Below, one piece after another: positions 28,427 through 38,707 of a DNA stretch of 64,000 nucleotides (position 1 is the first letter of the stretch; each line of letters opens with the position of its first letter). A program made the translations under genes and the position numbers. The notes beneath the pieces were generated by a model that saw only the letters and a program-made list of their open reading frames with translations, was not told where the DNA came from and ran no database searches. This DNA comes from a virus (lineage: Duplodnaviria; Heunggongvirae; Uroviricota; Caudoviricetes): IMG/VR virus record IMGVR_UViG_3300032050_000035, one strand, 5' to 3'.

Positions 28427-29005
28427 CTATTTAATATAACCTAACTCTTTTAAAGCGTAGTAACCAAAGATACAAGCAAATATACTAATCATTATGCTAC
28501 CACTTAACATACCAAATATAAGTAAAAAAACCGAAGTAACAAGAGAAATACCCATAGATAATTCAAAAGCCTTTCGTCTATTTCTCATATTCAACATTAA
28601 TAAGTCTTTACAAATATGTCCACCATCCATTGGATAGATTGGTAATATATTAAAAATGAATAAAAAGAAATTCACTGTAAAGAATACTTCAACTCCTAAT
28701 ATTAAACCAATTATAGCCAATATTAAATTACTGAGTGGACCAGCCGCAACTACTTTAATATTATCACGAGTGTGCATATTACTATCAACTTGTGCTTGAC
28801 CAGCAAACAAACCAATACTAATACCATAAGCACCATACCCAAGATGTTGTGCCATGAATGTGTGAGCCATTTCGTGTATTAAAATAGCGATAAACGCTGA
28901 AATAAATACATCGAATTGAAAATGAACCATTGGTAATAATAAGAAAAACCAAAGACTGAGGGTTACCGGAACACCTCTAAATGTAAATAATTTAATATCA
29001 CTCAT
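28427..29005 (-). CDS. M50-family (site-2 protease-like) membrane metalloprotease
   Basis: HEMAH zinc motif in a hydrophobic helix and a downstream LPIYPMDGG motif; multiple transmembrane segments. Confidence 0.55.
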   Translation of the reverse strand: MSDIKLFTFRGVPVTLSLWFFLLLPMVHFQFDVFISAFIAILIHEMAHTFMAQHLGYGAYGISIGLFAGQAQVDSNMHTRDNIKVVAAGPLSNLILAIIGLILGVEVFFTVNFFLFIFNILPIYPMDGGHICKDLLMLNMRNRRKAFELSMGISLVTSVFLLIFGMLSGSIMISIFACIFGYYALKELGYIK

Positions 29006-29047
29006 AAATATAGATTTTAGAGTATAAAGATAGTAATTTATTTTTAA

Positions 29048-30199
29048 TTATTTAAATCTTCTGATAAAATTTCTAACTCTTGGTGAATATCCAGTTGCAA
29101 TTCCATAGTTACCACTTGCTGATTGTAATCCAAGACCATTTTTACCACTATAATTTAAGAGTTTACCAGCTTTAACGTCATAAAAACTAAATGTATCAAG
29201 ATAAGGGAAAGCACCATAATATATTTTCTTGACGTTGACTTCCATTTCAACATCATATTTATTACCTTTATACTCAATGTATTCCTGAGATCCTAATCCT
29301 TGATTTAATCTGGTTGCCATCCCATTTTCTTTTGCCCATTTAGTCATACTATATACCATCCAATCTTCAGTTGAATAAACTCGGTCTAAAAACTTTATCT
29401 TACCTTTCAAATCAGTTAAATTCTCTTTGATATCAAAGGCTAATCTAATTTCGGCATCCCAGATAAAAGCTCTTGCGACTAATTTATTAGAACTATCTAA
29501 CATAACTAATAAACTACATACTTCTGGATTTTTTGTATAAATATCAAATAGATTATTAGTTCCTTTAAAACCATATGTGGTGGAAGATCCAAAACGTGTT
29601 ATGTCTGTTCGATCTGATCTACCCTGTTGTTTATCATTCATACAAGAATTACCCAAAGTTCCCTTCATTCGAGCATAGTTAAAAGAATCATAATATTTAG
29701 CTATTTCATTACCTTTAACAACTTTAAATTTATACTCTTCTTTAGCACCAGATTGTGATTGTAAATAAACTACAAACTTATCAATTAAAGATTCTGGGTA
29801 TTTTTTAGGAGTGTTTATAACTTTATTTAAAAATCTACCAATTTTAATTCTCGATCTTGTTTTAGAGTCCAATAAATCAGGTGATATCTCCCTCATTTTA
29901 CTAGTTGGTATCCAAATTAAATTATCGCTTTTTAAACCATCGATAAACTCAGGGTATTCTTTATTAACATTTTTCTGAGTTGTATATGAAAGATTTTTAT
30001 CTTCTAGATCAACAAATGTTATATCATCATCAATTTCTTCACCATATAAGTCAAGTAAGTCTCTACATATATTAGAAAATTCAGATGGTGCTTTACTAAT
30101 AGCTTTGTGAAAATTAGTTAGAAAGTAAAATCTGGTTTCATTTAAGAACTCCAATTCGTTTTGACTTTCAAAAACTTTAAAAGATTTTATATGTTTCAT
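29048..30199 (-). CDS. paralogous family A protein, member 1, with N-terminal leader MKHIKSFKVFES
   Basis: shares GTLGxSCM, GRAxxW, F(M/L)DR(V/I)Y and YP(Y/F)(L/I)DT(L/F) blocks with 32003..33124 and 40616..42331. Confidence 0.55.
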   Translation of the reverse strand: MKHIKSFKVFESQNELEFLNETRFYFLTNFHKAISKAPSEFSNICRDLLDLYGEEIDDDITFVDLEDKNLSYTTQKNVNKEYPEFIDGLKSDNLIWIPTSKMREISPDLLDSKTRSRIKIGRFLNKVINTPKKYPESLIDKFVVYLQSQSGAKEEYKFKVVKGNEIAKYYDSFNYARMKGTLGNSCMNDKQQGRSDRTDITRFGSSTTYGFKGTNNLFDIYTKNPEVCSLLVMLDSSNKLVARAFIWDAEIRLAFDIKENLTDLKGKIKFLDRVYSTEDWMVYSMTKWAKENGMATRLNQGLGSQEYIEYKGNKYDVEMEVNVKKIYYGAFPYLDTFSFYDVKAGKLLNYSGKNGLGLQSASGNYGIATGYSPRVRNFIRRFK

Positions 30200-30324
30200 A
30201 TTCTATATATTAAAGATTAAATCTCACTTTTTAATGACCAAAATAATTATTTTCAAAATAATTAAATAAAATAACAAAGGGAGAGATAATTATTATATAT
30301 ATAATTAAAAATAAAAATAATTAT

Positions 30325-30903
30325 ATGGACTTTACAGAAGAAGACTTAATCGAAATGAAGAAGAAGGTTAAGCAAATGGAAAAAGAATTGAGAGAAAAAA
30401 ATAAACCAAAAACGATTACAATACCTGGTAAAACTCATTCTACTATTAAAAAGTATTGTAGTGAATTAAATTTAAATATTGGTGAGTGGGCTTCTCAAGT
30501 TTTATTAAGAGAAATAGAAAATGATAGTTGTGTTATTAAGTTAGATGATGATTATGATACAAGAACTAAGAAACTCGCGGAAGAGATTAAACAAAAGTAT
30601 AATGTTAAAAGATCAGCATTTAAGTTGGATAAGATATTTATTCATAAAGATTTAAAATCTCTTGGATACTCAAGAATTGATGCTTATCCTATTTATGAAT
30701 ATACAGGTGATAATATAAACGAGTTTAAGGAGAAATATAAAGAAAATATATTAAATATATTCAACTTAGATAATGATGATATTACTGAATTACCTATAAA
30801 CGAAGACCTGGACGTTGTTATACCTTATATAGGTGGTGATATTCCTTGGCAACAATCAATTTTAAAAGATATTGAAAACCTAACAAAGAAAAACTCTCAA
30901 TAA
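30325..30903 (+). CDS. hypothetical protein
   Basis: ORF; TTATATATATAATT motif upstream. Confidence 0.45.
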   Translation: MDFTEEDLIEMKKKVKQMEKELREKNKPKTITIPGKTHSTIKKYCSELNLNIGEWASQVLLREIENDSCVIKLDDDYDTRTKKLAEEIKQKYNVKRSAFKLDKIFIHKDLKSLGYSRIDAYPIYEYTGDNINEFKEKYKENILNIFNLDNDDITELPINEDLDVVIPYIGGDIPWQQSILKDIENLTKKNSQ

Positions 30904-31329
30904 TTATTGAGAGTTTCTTTTTAATTGGTCTTTTTTATAAACTTCTACACAAGATCCTTGTCCGTGAAGAACCTCAAATACCCAATCACCTAAGTAATAC
31001 ATTTCACCGGTAAACATACAAGAATAATCTTCATACTCTTGTTCAGTAAACTCTACACCATATTCTTTAGAATACTCAAGTAGTGTCCAGTAAAGAACTT
31101 CCATAGGTTCTCTACCTAAACTATATTCACGATCACGATACTTATCAGAACTATACTTATCATAAATCTTTTGAATAAGTTCATCGAGATTATCTCTGAA
31201 GTTATCATGGATATATTGAGTATATCTTTCTTGTCTTTCTCTTTTTCTTTTGAGTTTTTCACCAAACTCAATAATACTTTGTTGACCTTCTTCTGAGTCA
31301 AGCCAATCTCTTAAACTATCTAAATTCAT
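30904..31329 (-). CDS. hypothetical acidic protein
   Basis: ORF. Confidence 0.45.
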   Translation of the reverse strand: MNLDSLRDWLDSEEGQQSIIEFGEKLKRKRERQERYTQYIHDNFRDNLDELIQKIYDKYSSDKYRDREYSLGREPMEVLYWTLLEYSKEYGVEFTEQEYEDYSCMFTGEMYYLGDWVFEVLHGQGSCVEVYKKDQLKRNSQ

Positions 31330-31349
31330 TCTACAAAATTAAAAAATTT

Positions 31350-31370
31350 TTTTAATATTTTATATATACA
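31350..31370 (+). promoter_or_regulatory. TTTTTTTAATATTTTATATATACA promoter-like motif
   Basis: recurrent motif immediately before the 31373 start. Confidence 0.3.
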
Positions 31371-31372
31371 TT

Positions 31373-31984
31373 ATGTTAAAAATTAAAACTTATAACCAAT
31401 TTAATTCGAGTGATTGGTTTGGACCTGTTAAGGTTCTAGATATAAAAGATCGTAAAGTTTATACAACTTCTGGAAATTTTGTAAATAATTCTATAAATCA
31501 AATAAAGAAAGGTTATACATATGTTTTTAGATTGAATGGTGATATGATAGTTGATACGGGTATGTCTTGTGTCGATTTAGTTATTTTAGTTGATACTGGC
31601 TCAAATTATAAGATGTTGGCAATTCTAAGAAATAAAGATCCATTTAAAGGCAAGTGGGCTTGTCCTGGTGGGAACATTGACGAAGGTGAAGAACCAATAG
31701 ATGCTGCTATTCGTGAGTTGGAAGAAGAAACAAGTTTAAAAGTACCTAAAAGATATTTGAGATTTATTGATGTATTCAATGAACCGTGGAGAGATCCAAG
31801 AAATAAGAATTGTATTTCTTATGCTTTCTCAGTTATTTTAAGTGATATACCTGAAACATCCGCGGCTGATGATGCTGATGAATGTGATTGGATTGATGTT
31901 AGTTATAGTGGTGAAACTATTGTTGATATGGCATTTGATCATAAATCTGTTATAAAAGGTGCTATTAAAAGAATTAAAAGATAA
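31373..31984 (+). CDS. Nudix hydrolase (ADP-ribose/NAD-derivative pyrophosphatase candidate)
   Basis: Nudix box GGNIDEGEEPIDAAIRELEEETSL. Confidence 0.75.
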   Translation: MLKIKTYNQFNSSDWFGPVKVLDIKDRKVYTTSGNFVNNSINQIKKGYTYVFRLNGDMIVDTGMSCVDLVILVDTGSNYKMLAILRNKDPFKGKWACPGGNIDEGEEPIDAAIRELEEETSLKVPKRYLRFIDVFNEPWRDPRNKNCISYAFSVILSDIPETSAADDADECDWIDVSYSGETIVDMAFDHKSVIKGAIKRIKR

Positions 31985-32002
31985 AGATTAAATATATAAG
32001 AA

Positions 32003-33124
32003 ATGAGAAAGTATAACCAATTTATTTTAGAAAAATTAAATAATGATTTAGTCATCTTATTAGAGGGGTATTTATATTCGACATCCGAATTTCATAGAAA
32101 GATTTCCGAATTATCTAGACAATCTGGTAGAGTGGGTGATATTTCTAAAATCATTGATGAATTCTTAAATAGAAAAGCAGATCCATTTCATCAATTAAAA
32201 GATGATTCAATAACTCAAAACTTTTTTGATACTACCAATCGAGTTGATATGGTTAGTTTCACTATGAATGATAAAGTTCCTAAAGATTGGGATAATGATG
32301 AAGATCCAGATTTGCCATACACATTAGGGAGATCTGAAATGAAAATTGGTAGAGTTTTGAGATCTATTGTGTCTATGATACAAAGTTCAAAATCTATTAA
32401 TTTTAATTTAACCGATAAAGATGTTGAAGACTTTGTGAACGCATATAAATCATTAGAAATAAATGATAAATGGCAGTTTAAAATTGTTAAAGGTGATGAT
32501 ATTATCAAATATTATAACACATCTAATTACTTAAACACTAATGGGACTTTAGGAGGATCTTGTATGGGTGATGCTAGGGGTAAATTAAAACTATATGTGG
32601 AGAATGATAATAAAGTTGGTCTTTTAATTCTACACAATAAAGAAACTGATCAAATTTGTGGTCGAGCTTTAGTTTGGAAACTAAAAAAGTCACCTTGTGA
32701 TGCTAAATATTTTATGGATAGAGTTTATGTAAATAATGATTCTGATGTTATAAAGTTTAAAAATTTTGCTAATGAGAATAAATTTTTATATAAACAGAAA
32801 ATGAATAGTCATACGGAAACAAATGTTTGTTTTTTATATGATAATAAGGAATTTTTTGGCGAAATATCTGTCAAATTAGAAAAATCAAACTTCAATAAAT
32901 ATCCATTCATTGATACACTTTGTTTCTTAAAAGGTAAAAAGTTATCAAACTTACCATCTAAGAATTGTAATTGGTTACATGAAACGGATGGTGGTGATGA
33001 TCAATGTTATGAATGTGATGGTGAATGTTTCTCAAGTTACAATGGAATCTGTGATGTTTGTGGAGATGGTCACATCTTTTTGAAAAGAAAAGGAATTGAA
33101 ACTAAAATAAATAGATTAGTATGA
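32003..33124 (+). CDS. paralogous family A protein, member 2, with leader MRKYNQFILEKL and C-terminal Cys cluster
   Basis: GTLGGSCMGD, GRALVWK, FMDRVYV, YPFIDTLCF blocks; CYECDGEC...CDVCGDGH. Confidence 0.55.
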   Translation: MRKYNQFILEKLNNDLVILLEGYLYSTSEFHRKISELSRQSGRVGDISKIIDEFLNRKADPFHQLKDDSITQNFFDTTNRVDMVSFTMNDKVPKDWDNDEDPDLPYTLGRSEMKIGRVLRSIVSMIQSSKSINFNLTDKDVEDFVNAYKSLEINDKWQFKIVKGDDIIKYYNTSNYLNTNGTLGGSCMGDARGKLKLYVENDNKVGLLILHNKETDQICGRALVWKLKKSPCDAKYFMDRVYVNNDSDVIKFKNFANENKFLYKQKMNSHTETNVCFLYDNKEFFGEISVKLEKSNFNKYPFIDTLCFLKGKKLSNLPSKNCNWLHETDGGDDQCYECDGECFSSYNGICDVCGDGHIFLKRKGIETKINRLV

Positions 33125-34098
33125 GATATATAAAAGAATTTTTCAATTACATAAAAGAAGAATGGTCAAAGAATGAACCAATTCCAGAAATATTAGATAA
33201 AGAAAAAGGATTAGCTGTTTTCCTAATCGGTGCTCCCGGTATTGGAAAGTGCTTAGAATATAATACACCCATTTTAGTGAATAATAAAATGACTAAAATT
33301 GGTAAATTGATAGATAACTATAACACCGAATCAAAAATTGGTGAAATAAATATTCCTGTTAAAAACTTATATGTTAAATCATTAAATGATAGTGGTGAGT
33401 TTGTGGAAAATGAGATTTCGAGTTTATATAGAGGCTATTCAGAAAAGTTAATAAATATAAAAACACAAACGGGTGTTGATATAAAAGTTACACCTATACA
33501 CCCATTATTAGTTTTAGAAAAAAACGGTGATATTATTTGGAAAAAATCATCAGAAATAACAATAGATGATAAGTTAGCCAGACCTAGAATAATAAATAAC
33601 ACTTTTAATAATAAATCAAAAATAAGTAATGAATTATCAAGGATTATTGGTTATTCGTTAAGTGATGGTAATTTTATAAAAAATAAAAATAGTAAATTTC
33701 TAACACTAACAAATATAGATATTGATATAATAGATGATTTTAGAAAATGTGTCGAAAAAGAAAATAAAATATTAACAGTAAAATCTAAAAAAATAAGACA
33801 TAGTGTTCAATATTCAGATGATATTAAATTAGGAAATCGAAGATTTAAAAAAGATAAATATGATTTTATTTCAAATATTTCTGAAATATGTGGTGATTAT
33901 ATTTTTGGCAACAAATCACATAAAGTTAGAATTCCGGATGATATAATATCAAACAGTGAATCATTAAAACATTTCTTAGGTAGTTATTTATCTTGTGATG
34001 GTTCTGTATTTGAAAATAGAGTTGAATATTACACATCGTCATATGAAATGGCTACTGATTTATCTTATGCACTTTTAATGTTTAATTTATTATTATAA
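33121..34098 (+). pseudogene. P-loop kinase gene interrupted by an intein, part 1: N-extein (aa 1-43) plus the intein N-terminal splicing region and LAGLIDADG endonuclease domain; ends at an in-frame TAA
   Basis: Walker A GAPGIGK is followed directly by CLEYNTPILV (intein block A); two LAGLIDADG-like blocks IIGYSLSDGNF and FLGSYLSCDGSVF; TAA at 34096-34098 in the same frame as the downstream ORF. Confidence 0.6.
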
Positions 34099-34572
34099 AT
34101 TAATTCCACCATGTCATCATTTGGTATAAATCCACCAATATTTGTATTAGTTTTTTCAATTGGTTTAATTTTTTTTCTACTACATCTAATATATTTATTT
34201 AATATTTCTCCAAATAAATTAAAATCATCACTTGTTACCCTGACTATATATGATAAAAAATCCTTATTATTTAAATTTGTTTTTTTATTTTTTATTACCG
34301 AATTTATACCAGAAGATGAAACTGGATATAGATTTACTAGAAGTTATAAATATAGAAGAGTAATAACGAAAAAACGTTTTAATAAAATATGTAATTTTTT
34401 AAATGAGAATAATGTTTATATACCAGAAACATATATTAATCATCACAATAACTTATTTTTTGATAAAATAACTAATATATCAACAATAGAACATAATGAT
34501 TATGTTTATGATATAGTCTTAGATAAACATCATAACTTCATAGGTGGTAACTTACCAACAATACTACATAAT
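33250..34572 (+). mobile_element. intein with LAGLIDADG homing-endonuclease domain inserted into the Walker A motif of the host kinase; contains one in-frame stop
   Basis: starts at Cys after GIGK (33250); ends ...DYVYDIVLDKHHNFIGGNLPTILHN, then Ser (34573) resumes the P-loop as GAPGIGK-SHFVNNY. Confidence 0.7.
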
Positions 34573-35142
34573 TCACACTTTGTGAATAATTATTTACATA
34601 CAAAAAATACAAACATTAAAGACTTCTCAACTGATGATATTTCACTTCTTTACACAAAAGATCCAAATGTTTATTATAAAGGAAAAGAAAAAGAAGAAGG
34701 TGGTAGAACAAAAAATGCGTCTGAATTAAACTTAATGAAGATGAAAGGTTTTATGAAAACTGGTCAAAACTTTATCTATGATACAACCGGTGCTGGTAAA
34801 GAATATACTGATACTGGTTATGAACACATTAAGGATATATTTGATTTAGCAAGAGAGAATGGATATGAAATAGTTTTTATTCACTTATTATCTACATTAG
34901 AAACATCAATTGAACAAGATAAATTAAGATCGAGACACGTTGATCCACACTATATTAAATGGGCTTATGCCAAACAAATGGGTGGTGAAGTGGATGGTGT
35001 TAAGGTAACTGGTAATATGAAAAGATATAAGGAATTAGGACCAGATAAATATTATGTTATAACTTCTATTGATAAAAAATATAAGTTTTATAAATTAGAA
35101 GGAGATAAACTTCTTAAAAGAAAAAATGATAAATGGGTTTAA
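34111..35142 (+). pseudogene. intein-interrupted kinase gene, part 2: intein C-terminal splicing region plus the C-extein P-loop kinase body
   Basis: same frame as 33121 (offset 990 nt); blocks F/G VYDIVLDKHHNF...ILHN-S; the C-extein SHFVNNY... completes the Walker A. Confidence 0.6.
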
Positions 35143-35245
35143 TACTCATTTGAATAGTTTTTCTAATTTATAAGCTATCATACCGGCAATAGCTCCTAAA
35201 AAAAATCCTAATATTAGAATGGTTTTCTTCATAAAGTGAAGATAG

Positions 35246-35779
35246 TTATTTCTTTTTACATTTCAAAATCATTAACCACTTTCCGGATTCTAATTTAGGA
35301 AGTGCCTCTGGTGTACCAAACTCTTCAACGGATTGAGCAAATTTTAACATAACTAACTCACCTCTTTCTGGAGATGCTTTCTCTCTACCTTTTAAAGAGA
35401 TAACAACTTTTACTTTATCACCGTCACTTAAAAACTCTCTACCTTTTTTAGATTTAGTTTCTAAATCATGATCTGATATATTAACCGATAATTGTATTTC
35501 TTTTAAAGAGGATTTAACAGCATTTTTCTTTTTCTCTTTCTCAATCTTTTCTTGATTATAAAGAAATTTGTTGTAGTCCTCAATTCTAACAATAGGTGGA
35601 GTTTGATTTTCATTAATCATAATCAAATCTTTTTCCTCTGCTTCAGCCATTCTAATAGCTTCATTTCTAGAAATAACGATTGGTTCTCCATTACCAATCA
35701 ATCTAACATCACTTGATGTTATTTCTAAATTAATTTTGTGTTTTCTTTTTGGTTCTACTCTCTTAAAGGGTTTTCTCAT
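35246..35779 (-). CDS. infC: translation initiation factor IF-3
   Basis: PPIVRIEDYNKFLYNQEK matches the IF-3 N-domain (PPVCRIMDYGKFLYEKSK); the C-domain is conserved as well. Confidence 0.8.
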   Translation of the reverse strand: MRKPFKRVEPKRKHKINLEITSSDVRLIGNGEPIVISRNEAIRMAEAEEKDLIMINENQTPPIVRIEDYNKFLYNQEKIEKEKKKNAVKSSLKEIQLSVNISDHDLETKSKKGREFLSDGDKVKVVISLKGREKASPERGELVMLKFAQSVEEFGTPEALPKLESGKWLMILKCKKK

Positions 35780-35802
35780 TTATTTTTTATTTTTTATTTT
35801 TA

Positions 35803-36564
35803 TTACCACAAATCGAACTCTTTATTCTTCTTTTTATTTATGGTTTTTGATTCATCTATATATTCAAAATTTTCGATATCAAAAATAGCATCTATTTTAA
35901 AATCTCTATAATCAGCAACTCCATTCAACTCTTCCCAACCTCTATTTATCAGCTTCCATCTTCTAGAACTAATTCTTTTTTGATTATACATTTTAGCTAA
36001 GTTATTTACAAGAAACTTTCTATGTTTAGCATGTGAAATAGCACCTGGATAGTTTTGATATAAGTTTTTACCATCATAAGATATACCACAACAACTAATA
36101 TCAACATTAGCAATCAAATCAATAAACGTTTGCGTGTATAAATCTTGAGTAACATCGGATGGTCTTTCAACAGACATAACTCTTGGTCTTATAAGTTGAA
36201 CCACTTTAGTTCCTTTAACATAAGAATAGGGTTCAGATATAACCATATTCATATCATAAACAGATGATAGATCTTTAGGTGCTAAATTTTCATGATAAAT
36301 ATATCCATTCTCAACTAATACTTTATCAACAAAATTCATTGATTTAGTACCAATTAATATATCCACATCATTGATTTTTTGACCGGCTATAATATCTCTT
36401 AAAGCTCCACCAAAAACTCTAACTAACTTATTATAAATTATTCCACGATCTTTTAATTCATTAGTGATGAAAGTATCATCACCAAATAACAAAGATGAAT
36501 CAAACTCTAAGTATTCGTCTAATTTTTGTTTAATCATTATATTCAAGTTTAAGTTTCTTATCAC
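35803..36564 (-). CDS. Pol-beta superfamily nucleotidyltransferase, polyA-polymerase/CCA-adding head-domain-like
   Basis: VFGGALRDIIAGQKINDVDIL resembles the GGxVRD..DxD motif of tRNA nucleotidyltransferases. Confidence 0.45.
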   Translation of the reverse strand: MIRNLNLNIMIKQKLDEYLEFDSSLLFGDDTFITNELKDRGIIYNKLVRVFGGALRDIIAGQKINDVDILIGTKSMNFVDKVLVENGYIYHENLAPKDLSSVYDMNMVISEPYSYVKGTKVVQLIRPRVMSVERPSDVTQDLYTQTFIDLIANVDISCCGISYDGKNLYQNYPGAISHAKHRKFLVNNLAKMYNQKRISSRRWKLINRGWEELNGVADYRDFKIDAIFDIENFEYIDESKTINKKKNKEFDLW

Positions 36565-38254
36565 CTATTTGTAGTATGTAAAGACCTTTAGAAAGTTGTG
36601 GTAACTCTACATCAAAATAATTATCACCTAATTGTAAATCTAATGATTTTTTATAAAATTGTTTACCGGTTAAATCATATATCAATAAGTCTTCAACCTT
36701 ACTAAAAGATGAATGTAAAGAAACATTTATTTCATTTGTAATTGGATTTGGATAAACCGTTAAGTTCTCAATATTTAATTGAATTAATATAGACTCCCAA
36801 TCTGTTCTTTTATAATCACCATTATAATCAGTTTGTTTTAATCGATAGTAAGTTATTCCAGTTTCAATATTTCGATCAATTGCTTGATAGTTTATTCTTT
36901 GAGTTGAATTACCAGCACCTGGTAGAGTTGTAACTATATCATAATCTAAACCATCTTTTGACTTTTCAATTGTGAAATAATCATTATTGTGTTCTGATGC
37001 TGTTGACCATCTTAATTTAACAACACCATCTTCAAATTTAACTTTAAAGTAAATCAACTCAATTGGTAAAGCAATACCATTTGATTCATAACATCCAACA
37101 TCTGGATTACCAATACGACTATAATGTCTCAAATCATCAGTTGGTGCTCCGGTTGTTGTTCCCCAATCTATACAAGGTGATGTACCAGAAAGTGTATAAT
37201 CATCACTAGCACTATTTGTGAATAGTGGATTTGATATTAACGGTGATGTATTTGATGTAGCTGATTTTATCTCAGCTGAATTTCCATAACAACAATTTGT
37301 CATGTTAACGGTAGCGGCATTATTATAAACATCATTGAAAGTATTACCTAAATTATTATAAATAATTGTATTTATTAAATTTATTTTAGCTGATGATAAA
37401 GCCAAAACACCTCCAGTTCCAACAGAAGCATTACCATTAGCAGTTATAGTACAGTTCATAATATTTAATGTACTATATGTATTCATAGCAACAATAACAG
37501 CCTCTCCTGATGATGTATTATTTTCATAAAATAAACAGTTTTCTAATGTTAGAGTAGAGGTAGATCCAACACCAAAGAATATAGCACCTCCGTAATTAGT
37601 AGCGGTATTTGAATAAAAAATTGAATGTTTTATTGATGATGATGATGTTGGTGATAATTCTATTGAAATAGCACCACCATAATATTCAGCATTACAATTT
37701 TTGAAAGTACAATAATCGATGGTTATTCCCTCAGCAGAATAAATAACACCACCTCGGTGATGTAAAGAGGCAGTTCTTGTATCACAATTATCAAACTGAC
37801 AATAAGTTGCTTTAAATCCTGTACATCCAGCAATTATTTTAATTGCTCCACCACCTCCTGGATCACCTCCATCAGAATTTTTATGATCCTTTATAATTAA
37901 TTTAGTGATTGTGATATTATCATTATTTGTGTTATTTAACAATAACCATCTTGCGGTACTACCTGCATCAAAAATAGATGTAGGTACACCAGATGATAAA
38001 GCCGCACCAGAAATTACAAAACCTTCATCATCAGTACCAACAGTAATACCTGTCTCAGAATAAGTTCCTGCTTCAACGAAAATAGTATCATTAGAACCTA
38101 AATTATAGGTGCTGAAAACGTTTGCTAATGTTAATTTTGGTGTAATAGATGATGTTCCATTGTTTGTATTGTTTCCGGTTGAACTAATATAATAATTAGT
38201 TGCTAATGAACTAAATGATAATAATAGTGTTAGTAAAAATAATATTCTTTTCAT
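36530..38254 (-). CDS. secreted right-handed beta-helix protein with T9SS C-terminal sorting domain
   Basis: signal peptide MKRILFLLTLLLSFSSLA; repeated GGAI/NCxF beta-helix rungs; C-terminal ~90 aa match the Por/T9SS CTD pattern (…TVYPNPITNEINV…LYILQIGDKKLKLEY). Confidence 0.65.
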   Translation of the reverse strand: MKRILFLLTLLLSFSSLATNYYISSTGNNTNNGTSSITPKLTLANVFSTYNLGSNDTIFVEAGTYSETGITVGTDDEGFVISGAALSSGVPTSIFDAGSTARWLLLNNTNNDNITITKLIIKDHKNSDGGDPGGGGAIKIIAGCTGFKATYCQFDNCDTRTASLHHRGGVIYSAEGITIDYCTFKNCNAEYYGGAISIELSPTSSSSIKHSIFYSNTATNYGGAIFFGVGSTSTLTLENCLFYENNTSSGEAVIVAMNTYSTLNIMNCTITANGNASVGTGGVLALSSAKINLINTIIYNNLGNTFNDVYNNAATVNMTNCCYGNSAEIKSATSNTSPLISNPLFTNSASDDYTLSGTSPCIDWGTTTGAPTDDLRHYSRIGNPDVGCYESNGIALPIELIYFKVKFEDGVVKLRWSTASEHNNDYFTIEKSKDGLDYDIVTTLPGAGNSTQRINYQAIDRNIETGITYYRLKQTDYNGDYKRTDWESILIQLNIENLTVYPNPITNEINVSLHSSFSKVEDLLIYDLTGKQFYKKSLDLQLGDNYFDVELPQLSKGLYILQIGDKKLKLEYND

Positions 38255-38264
38255 GTTTCTTAAT

Positions 38265-38702
38265 TTATAAATCTATAATGTAGTTATAAGCATTAATAGT
38301 ACCTATTGTACTAAACTGATAACACTTTGTTGGTGAAGTTCCTACTAAAGAAATTTTAATAGACCTTGATAATTCCAAATAATTAAAATATTCTTCTTTT
38401 TTTACATCAGGAGATAGTATAATAGTATAGTCATTAACAATTAAGTCTTTTAGGATAAAAGTTTTTGTTTCTAAACCATATGTTATTTCTAAAACTACGG
38501 TCTGTGTATCAGAAATAAAAGTAGAGTCATGTAAACAAAACATAACATCTTCATAATACTCTTGTAATAACAATTCACTATTACCTGATTTAATATCAGC
38601 AACTCTATAAGCATCTAAACCACTTGTTACTTCCTCATGTAAATTCCATTGAGAGAAAGTAACAAATGGTAAAAAAATCAAAAACAAAATCCAACTCCTC
38701 AT
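38265..38702 (-). CDS. hypothetical secreted protein (signal peptide)
   Basis: MRSWILFLIFLPFVTFSQW hydrophobic N-terminus. Confidence 0.45.
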   Translation of the reverse strand: MRSWILFLIFLPFVTFSQWNLHEEVTSGLDAYRVADIKSGNSELLLQEYYEDVMFCLHDSTFISDTQTVVLEITYGLETKTFILKDLIVNDYTIILSPDVKKEEYFNYLELSRSIKISLVGTSPTKCYQFSTIGTINAYNYIIDL

Positions 38703-38707
38703 AAAAA

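Noticed and set aside
35146-35232. 28-aa hydrophobic minus-strand mini-ORF (MKKTILILGFFLGAIAGMIAYKLEKLFK) upstream of infC
   Set aside because: Too short to support without expression data. It could equally be leader or regulatory sequence of the IF-3 gene. Left unannotated.
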